NCBI GenBank assembly: GCA_965213625.1
Contig: CBDBZU010000004.1
Span: 64,001-128,000 of the forward strand
DNA from: a bacterium
GTDB lineage: Bacteria; UBA8248
Reading direction: 5' to 3'
Length of the DNA stretch: 64,000 bases
The notes under the pieces: model-generated
The model's input: only the letters and a program-made list of their open reading frames with translations
Told to the model about the DNA's origin: nothing
Databases searched by the model: none
Shown: piece after piece, positions 57,947-64,000 of the stretch
Layout: each line of letters opens with the position of its first letter
Numbering within the stretch: position 1 is the first letter of the stretch
Made by a program: the position numbers and the translations under genes

Positions 57947-59011
57947 ATGGTCATCGAGCGGCGCGTGAGCGCGAAGGCGGCGAGCCCGGCGGAAGAGCGA
58001 ACTTTCACCTCGCTGAGGCCCACGCAGCTTGAAGAGTACGTGGGCCAGACCGACCTGGTGGCGAAACTGCGCATCGCGCTCGAGGCCTCGCGCAGAAGAA
58101 ACGAACCCCTGGGCCACATTCTCTTCCACGGCCCGCCGGGTTTGGGAAAAACCACGCTTTCGCACATCATCTCGGAAGAAATGGGCACGCGCCTCGTCAA
58201 GACCTCCGGTCCTTCCCTCTCCAGACCGGCCGACCTCATGGGAATACTGACGGGCTTACAGCAGGGAGACGTGCTATTCATTGACGAGATCCACCGGATG
58301 CCCAGCGCGGTGGAGGAATTCCTCTACCCCGCAATGGAGGACTACCGCGTGGACTTTGTCGTCGATAGCGGACCCATGGCGCGCACCATCAATTTTCCGC
58401 TCAAGATATTCACGACCGTGGGCGCCACGACGCGTCCCGGCGCCCTGACCGCCGCCTTGAGAGAGCGCTTCTATCTCGTCTACCACGTGGATTTTTATTC
58501 CGAAGAAGAACTCGTGCAGATTCTCCTGCGAAGCGCAGTGCGTCTCGACACCCCGATTGAAGAAGAGGCGGCGCGCGAACTCGCCCGAAGAAGCCGGGGT
58601 ACGCCACGCACGGCGAACAGGCTCCTGCTCTGGACGCGCGATTTCTGCCAGGCGCGGGGCGACGGGGCCATCAGTCTCGCCATGGCGCGTGAGGCGCTCG
58701 CTATGGAGGGCGTAGACGAACTGGGACTGGACGGGCTGGACAGGAAGTATCTGCGGACGATCATCGACCAATACGGCGGCGGCCCGGTGGGGGTGGAGGC
58801 CATCGCCGCCACCATGAACGAGGAGTCCGACACTCTCGTCGACATGGTGGAGCCATTCCTGTTGCGATCGGGTTTCGTACAGAGAACACGCGGCGGGCGG
58901 CGCGCGCCCTCGGCGGCGTATTCACACCTTGGTGTCGCCCTGCCCAAAGGCGTTCAGCGAGAACTTTGGGACGCCAGCGCGACGGATGAGGAAACCGAAA
59001 CATCCCCTTAA
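57947..59011 (+). CDS. ruvB: Holliday junction branch migration helicase
   Basis: LRP..LEEYVGQ, GPPGLGKTT, LFIDEIHR, GATTR, RGTPR, EPFL. Confidence 0.98.
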   Translation: MVIERRVSAKAASPAEERTFTSLRPTQLEEYVGQTDLVAKLRIALEASRRRNEPLGHILFHGPPGLGKTTLSHIISEEMGTRLVKTSGPSLSRPADLMGILTGLQQGDVLFIDEIHRMPSAVEEFLYPAMEDYRVDFVVDSGPMARTINFPLKIFTTVGATTRPGALTAALRERFYLVYHVDFYSEEELVQILLRSAVRLDTPIEEEAARELARRSRGTPRTANRLLLWTRDFCQARGDGAISLAMAREALAMEGVDELGLDGLDRKYLRTIIDQYGGGPVGVEAIAATMNEESDTLVDMVEPFLLRSGFVQRTRGGRRAPSAAYSHLGVALPKGVQRELWDASATDEETETSP

Positions 59012-59026
59012 GAGGAAAGATCGTAG

Positions 59027-59251
59027 ATGGAGCCTTTCGGCGGTTTTGGGAAAACGCTGATTCTGCTCGGCGCGGTTCTGATGGTCTTGGGCGTGGTGTT
59101 TCTTGTGGCGCCCAAGATTCCGTTTCTGGGGAAACTGCCGGGAGACATACACCTGAAGGGTAAGAACTGGAGCTTTTCCTTCCCGGTCGTGACCTGCATC
59201 GTCATCAGCGTCGTACTGACGCTGCTTTTGAACCTCTTTTCGAGAAGATAA
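59027..59251 (+). CDS. DUF2905 small membrane protein
   Basis: LGKLPGDI...FSFPVVTCIVISVVLT. Typically found after ruvB. Confidence 0.88.
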   Translation: MEPFGGFGKTLILLGAVLMVLGVVFLVAPKIPFLGKLPGDIHLKGKNWSFSFPVVTCIVISVVLTLLLNLFSRR

Positions 59252-59262
59252 CCTGGCGCGTC

Positions 59263-60027
59263 CTACTTCCACCCCCCGCCGCCGTTTGCGTACACGGTGT
59301 CCGCCGTCATGAACTCACACGCATCCGAACACATGAACAACACAAGTTCGCCAATCTCTTCCGCCGTGCCGAAGCGGCCCATCGGTATCTGAGCGCGCAT
59401 CGACTCCTTGAGTTCCTCCGAGGAGACGTCGTGAAACGGCGTGTCGATGGGGCCCGGTGATATCGACATGCACCGGATGCCCCTGTCCGCAAACTCGCGG
59501 CCCACGCCCATGCTCATCGTCACCACCGCGCCCTTGGCCGCCGCGTAGTGCACCGAGTGGCCCGGCCCCCCGCGCTTGTGGGCCATGCTCCCGATGTTGA
59601 CGATGACGCCACTGCCGTTTTCGAGCATTTCGGGAATCGCGGCCTGCATGCAGTAGAAAACGCCCTTTACGTTCAGATCGAACGTCCGCTCCCACAGGTC
59701 GTCTTCAATGCCCAGAAAATCAGAACGGCGCAGCGCGGCGCCTGCGGAGTTGAGCGAAAAATCGACCCGGCCGAACCGCTCCTTGGCGCGCCTCGTCATC
59801 TCGAACGCTTCTTCGCGCGAGGTGACATCCACCTTCATATGCACGCCCCGGCCACCGTTCTCCGTTACGCGCTCGGCTATTTCGGCGGCGCCTTCCTCGT
59901 CCAGGTCCGCGCAGAAGACGTTGGCCCCCTCGCGCCCGAATATGAGCGAGGTCTCCTTGCCGATGCCGCTGGCCGCGCCGGTGACGATGATAGTTTTTCC
60001 ATTGAAATATTCAGGTGTCTTGGGCAT
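59263..60027 (-). CDS. SDR family oxidoreductase
   Basis: TGAASGIG, NSAG, YAAAK, PGPIDT, PMGRFG. Confidence 0.94.
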   Translation of the reverse strand: MPKTPEYFNGKTIIVTGAASGIGKETSLIFGREGANVFCADLDEEGAAEIAERVTENGGRGVHMKVDVTSREEAFEMTRRAKERFGRVDFSLNSAGAALRRSDFLGIEDDLWERTFDLNVKGVFYCMQAAIPEMLENGSGVIVNIGSMAHKRGGPGHSVHYAAAKGAVVTMSMGVGREFADRGIRCMSISPGPIDTPFHDVSSEELKESMRAQIPMGRFGTAEEIGELVLFMCSDACEFMTADTVYANGGGGWK

Positions 60028-60064
60028 CTATGAACTCCAAAAGTTAGAAGAGTCTTTTCCCGGT

Positions 60065-61066
60065 TTACGCGTTCGCATCGGCGGTGATGATGCGCTGCAT
60101 CTCGTATTCCTCATCCGGCACGAGCCCAGGAATCGGCTTGCCCGCCAGGAAGCACAGGACGTTTTCCGTCGCGTCGAGTTCCATCTGCAACCGCGAGGAG
60201 CGCGCACGCGCGCCCAGGTGAGCTGTGAGAATGCAGTTGGGCGCTCCCACGAGGACACCCCGGTAGGGTTCTTCTGGGAAAACGTCGATCCCCGCACCCC
60301 CCAGATGGCCCGAGCGCAGCGCGCGCGCAAGCGCCTCATCGTCCACGATGACGCCGCGCGCCGTATTGATGAGCAAAGCGCCTTTTTTCATCATCTCGAT
60401 TTCGTCTTCCCCCAACATGTGAATCGTCTTCGGCGTAGCGGGTACGTGTAAGGAGACGGCATCGGCGCGCCGGTAGATTTCTTCTTTCTCGGCCCATTGC
60501 ACGCCGTAGCGCTCGCCGAATTCCGCATCGGGAGCCAGGTCGTTCGCGATGATTTTCGCACCGAAGCCGGATACGTGGCGTATCACCCGCTTGCCGATGC
60601 GCCCCACGCCGATGACGCCCAGTGTGATCTCATCGAGCGTGCGGCCCATGTATTGGAGCCACTCTCCGCGCAAAAGCGCGTCATGCGAGTGATGCACACC
60701 CCGCAATAGCGAGAGCAGGAGGCTCAGCGTCAGTTCCGCCACAGCTTCCGAGTTGGCCCCGGGAGTATTCGCAACGAGAATGTCCCGCTCGCGCGCCGCA
60801 TTCAGGTCCACCGTCTCGAGACCCACCGTGGCCCGCGATATGAACCGCAGTCCCTTCGCCAAATCCAGTATCCTCGGCGTGAACGGTTCCAGGCCCGCTA
60901 TGACGGCGTCGAAGCCACCTAGAATCATCTCGGCGAATTCGTCTTCATTCGGCCGCTTGCCCAGCGTGTTGCGCACGTACTCCACGCCCGCGCTCTCGAG
61001 CATCTCGACGGGCTTGGGGTCGATTTCACCGAATGGCGTCGTGGAGACGAGTATGCGGGTAGCCAT
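60065..61066 (-). CDS. Phosphoglycerate dehydrogenase-like D-2-hydroxyacid dehydrogenase
   Basis: NTPGANSEAVAE, GVIGVGRIG, INTARG, IDVFPEEP, TAHLG. Confidence 0.9.
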   Translation of the reverse strand: MATRILVSTTPFGEIDPKPVEMLESAGVEYVRNTLGKRPNEDEFAEMILGGFDAVIAGLEPFTPRILDLAKGLRFISRATVGLETVDLNAARERDILVANTPGANSEAVAELTLSLLLSLLRGVHHSHDALLRGEWLQYMGRTLDEITLGVIGVGRIGKRVIRHVSGFGAKIIANDLAPDAEFGERYGVQWAEKEEIYRRADAVSLHVPATPKTIHMLGEDEIEMMKKGALLINTARGVIVDDEALARALRSGHLGGAGIDVFPEEPYRGVLVGAPNCILTAHLGARARSSRLQMELDATENVLCFLAGKPIPGLVPDEEYEMQRIITADANA

Positions 61067-61439
61067 GGGAAATCTCCCGAAAAACACGAGAAACAAAACC
61101 AACCCATATAGCGGTTGGTGCAAGAATTATCTCAATGGGTTAAAGTGTTTGAAAACCCAGCGGAGATTATATGCCTCGATAAAGCGCTGTCAAACTCAGA
61201 GAGGCATCTGACAGAATCGAATATCATCCCCCGGTGGTGGAGGTGCGCTTATGCTCATTTGGCGCTCACCCTAAAAGTCGAGCCGGTGAATATATGTGAT
61301 GAAAATCGTCTATAGATGGAGCTTATAATGAATTGAACACGAGATGCGTCGGGCATGTCCTCCCGCTCGGCCCTTTGCAGAACGCCGTCTGGATGATCGA
61401 GGCGAGGCGCTTTTCACCTCGATGAACAGGAGGAATAAA

Positions 61440-62660
61440 ATGTGTCCCAAAACCGCGGCGAGTAAGTCATACGAAACGCTGATGGATCTGAAATACGACA
61501 AAACTATCATCGACAAAATCAAAGCCCTCACGCCACAGATGGCCGAGATGGCGGCCGAGATCGACCGAGAAGGCCGCTTTCCCACCGAGAACTACAAACT
61601 GCTCACCGACGCGGGCCTGAACGCCCTTTGCATCCCCGAAGAATGGGGCGGCTCGGGCGCGAATTCCCTCACCTACAACATGGCGCTCGCCGAACTGGGC
61701 AAGGCGTGCGCCTCCACCGCGCTGACCTGGAACATGCACCAGACCTGCGTGAGCCTCTTTTTCGACCTGGCGAATGAAGAACAGAAAAAACGCGTACTCC
61801 CCGACATCGTCGAAAACGGCAAGCTGTTTTCCTCCGTCACAGCGGAACGCGGCATGAGCTTCCGCCACCTCGTGACGCTCAAGTCCATTTTCTCTCCCGT
61901 CGAGGGGGGCTACCGCCTCAGCGGCAGGAAGATTTCCGCCTCGATAGGCGAGCACGCCGATTATTACTTCACCACGGGGTTTCTCGAAGGGAAGAAGACC
62001 GCTGCCGAGGCCATCATGACCGCCGTGCTCCATAAGGATTACGGAGGTTCATCCGTACAAGTGGTGTGGGACACGATGTCGATGCGGGGAACGGCGAGCG
62101 ACGACATCATTTTTGAGGATACATTCGTGCCGCACGAGGATATCCTGGGAGGTGAGAACTTCATCGGCGCGCTGGGGAAAATCGACATCACCATGTTCCA
62201 CTTAGGCTTTGCCGCCGCCTACCTCGGCATCGCGGAGGGAGCCTACAATCACCTGGTAGAATACGTGAAAACAACGCAATACCCGCCCAACCCCGAACCG
62301 CTGAGCCACAACGAGATGTACCAGAGCAACATCGGCGAGTTGAGCTCCGAGCTCCGGGCCGCGCGGATGCTCCTCTACGAGGCCTGTCACGTGAAGGAAC
62401 AGGGCGACGGCATGGCGAACCAGAACACGGTGAAAACAGTCATGCAGTCCAAATACATTTCGTGCGAGGTCTGCGCCAAGGTGGTGCAGCACGCGATGCG
62501 GCTCGTTGGGGGTCGCTCCATCGCGCGGCGTTATCCCTTCGAGCGGTTCTACAGAGAGGGCATCACCGGCGTGGTGATGCCGCCTGCGAACTCGCGCTGT
62601 ATCGAGGTGGCCGGCTGCATCGAATGCGGGATCACCGGCATGGTACTGCAATACGGCTAG
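61440..62660 (+). CDS. Acyl-CoA dehydrogenase-fold flavoprotein (possibly monooxygenase-type)
   Basis: IDREGRFP, STAL..NMH, WDTMSMRGTASDD, AAYLGIAEGA, FERFYRE. AGGAGG RBS. Confidence 0.85.
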   Translation: MCPKTAASKSYETLMDLKYDKTIIDKIKALTPQMAEMAAEIDREGRFPTENYKLLTDAGLNALCIPEEWGGSGANSLTYNMALAELGKACASTALTWNMHQTCVSLFFDLANEEQKKRVLPDIVENGKLFSSVTAERGMSFRHLVTLKSIFSPVEGGYRLSGRKISASIGEHADYYFTTGFLEGKKTAAEAIMTAVLHKDYGGSSVQVVWDTMSMRGTASDDIIFEDTFVPHEDILGGENFIGALGKIDITMFHLGFAAAYLGIAEGAYNHLVEYVKTTQYPPNPEPLSHNEMYQSNIGELSSELRAARMLLYEACHVKEQGDGMANQNTVKTVMQSKYISCEVCAKVVQHAMRLVGGRSIARRYPFERFYREGITGVVMPPANSRCIEVAGCIECGITGMVLQYG

Positions 62661-62765
62661 GGGGCATCTGCTCCACCACCAAGAGGCGCACGTTTGTCCG
62701 GCGTGAGCCGTGGAAGTTACTGTTTTTCAGGAACCGATCAGAATCGCGACAAGGATTAACAAGTC

Positions 62766-63110
62766 TCATTCCAGCAGCGAAATGGGACGGCGGCCGGCGA
62801 ACCCCGCTTCGTAGCGGTGAAAATGTTCGATGTCGTCTTCACCGAGTTTCCAGCAATAATAATAGCCGTCTCCCGAATCGAAATCCGCCAGCCACAGGCC
62901 TTTGACTTCAACCCCTAAGTTTCTGACGGCCTCGACCCACTCGCCCACCGCGTCGTTCATGAGTCCTTCGAGGCGCTTGACGTCTTGCGACTCCTCGATG
63001 TTTTCCAGTTGTCCGCGCATCTCCTCGACGACGTCATAATAATGCTGCGTCACTTCCTTGACCTGCGGCAGCAAATCGCGGGCTTCCTGCAAGGTAAAGA
63101 TAGCCATCAT
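62766..63110 (-). CDS. DUF2203 family protein
   Basis: FTLQEARDLLP, GVEVKGLWLADF, YYCWKLGE, H..EAGFAGRRP. Confidence 0.88.
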   Translation of the reverse strand: MMAIFTLQEARDLLPQVKEVTQHYYDVVEEMRGQLENIEESQDVKRLEGLMNDAVGEWVEAVRNLGVEVKGLWLADFDSGDGYYYCWKLGEDDIEHFHRYEAGFAGRRPISLLE

Positions 63111-63226
63111 GGTTCCTTTGCTATAAGTACAGGATTTATCTGCTCTTTCCAGGGACATTCCAGCCCCAATATGCCAGGCGGACGCGAGCCGCTATCATGA
63201 GTCACACCCTTTTGATCGGTGTTTTC

Positions 63227-64000
63227 TCACTCTCCCCGGCGCTGCGAGAATTTTCTCCCGAATATACCCGAGGCGATCACGTTTCGCTGCGCCTGGGTGG
63301 TGCCGCCGCCGATGGTGAACATCCGCACGTCGCGCGCCATGCGTTCGATCGGCAGATCGCGCGAATAGCCCGCGGCCCCGAAAATCTGGAGTGCGTCGTT
63401 CGTCACCTTGATCGAGGCTTCCGCCGAAAACGTCTTGGCGATGGCGGCGAGGTGCATGTCGGGAAAGCCCGACTTTGGATCTTCTTGGACAGCCGCACGG
63501 TGGAGCAGGAGCCGAGCGGCGTCTAGCTGAATGCGTCCATCCGCCAGAATCCACTGAAGCCCCTGGAATTCCGATATCGGGCGCCCGAACTGCTCGCGCT
63601 TTTTTGCATATTCCACCGCCTGCGCAAATGCGCCTTCGGCAAGGCCCAATGCCACCGTGCCGGCCCCCACCCTTTGGGCGTTATAAGCGGCCATCAGGCG
63701 GCCGAAGCCCACCGTCACCAGGTTTTCACTCGGCACACGGCAGTTCTCGAAAATTTCCTCGCTCTCAGGAATTCCTCTCAAACCCATCATGAAGGCGCGC
63801 TCCCCGATGCGGAAGCCCTCTGTTCCCAATTCCACGATCAGCGCACCGATTCCCTGCTCGTCCCCCCCGTGCACCACGCGGGCGAACACGAGGTTGATGT
63901 GGGAGACGCCCGCGCCGGTAATCCACTTCTTCTTGCCGTTCAGGATGTATTCATCGCCGTCGAGCACGGCCCGCGTCGTCATGTCGGTGGCGGCGCTGCC
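63227..64000 (-). CDS. Acyl-CoA dehydrogenase family, 3-sulfinopropanoyl-CoA desulfinase-like (5' end outside the window)
   Basis: GKKKWITGAG, MGLRGIPE, LMAAYNAQRVGAGTVALG, REQFGRPISEFQGLQW, RDVRMFTIGGGT. Confidence 0.85.
   Translation of the reverse strand, partial: GSAATDMTTRAVLDGDEYILNGKKKWITGAGVSHINLVFARVVHGGDEQGIGALIVELGTEGFRIGERAFMMGLRGIPESEEIFENCRVPSENLVTVGFGRLMAAYNAQRVGAGTVALGLAEGAFAQAVEYAKKREQFGRPISEFQGLQWILADGRIQLDAARLLLHRAAVQEDPKSGFPDMHLAAIAKTFSAEASIKVTNDALQIFGAAGYSRDLPIERMARDVRMFTIGGGTTQAQRNVIASGIFGRKFSQRRGE

Overview
GC-rich bacterial genome segment. Taxon is not determinable here; the gene mix only weakly suggests an uncultured, possibly host-associated lineage. It has three zones. 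(1) 1-13.4 kb is a decaying accessory zone: an MMPL transporter, a frameshifted HU, a truncated P450, and a nested stack of mobile elements. The stack has three ORF-less group II introns on the minus strand. Intron A lies inside intron B. Intron C is inserted after base 1 of an IS66 terminal inverted repeat, and its EBS1/EBS2 are complementary to that repeat. An intact IS110/IS1111 element sits inside intron C, and its 3' non-coding region carries four guide-like matches to its own target and donor sites (bridge/seekRNA layout). The IS66 carries a DUF4338 passenger gene. (2) 13.7-35.7 kb is a catabolic island with tandem QueG/RdhA-like Fe-S proteins, a CoA-transferase, a serine hydrolase, Tct and TAXI-TRAP transporters, an MBL/ODP pair, an ACAD, paired methyltransferases and an SaoD-like DsrE, punctuated by REP/MITE cassettes. 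(3) 35.9-64 kb is mostly core: ppx-ppk1, hicAB, sulfatase, NYN, ssrA-smpB-rnr-polA, arsM, kdsD, yebC-ruvCAB and dehydrogenases. All calls come from reading motifs by eye; no database searches were run.
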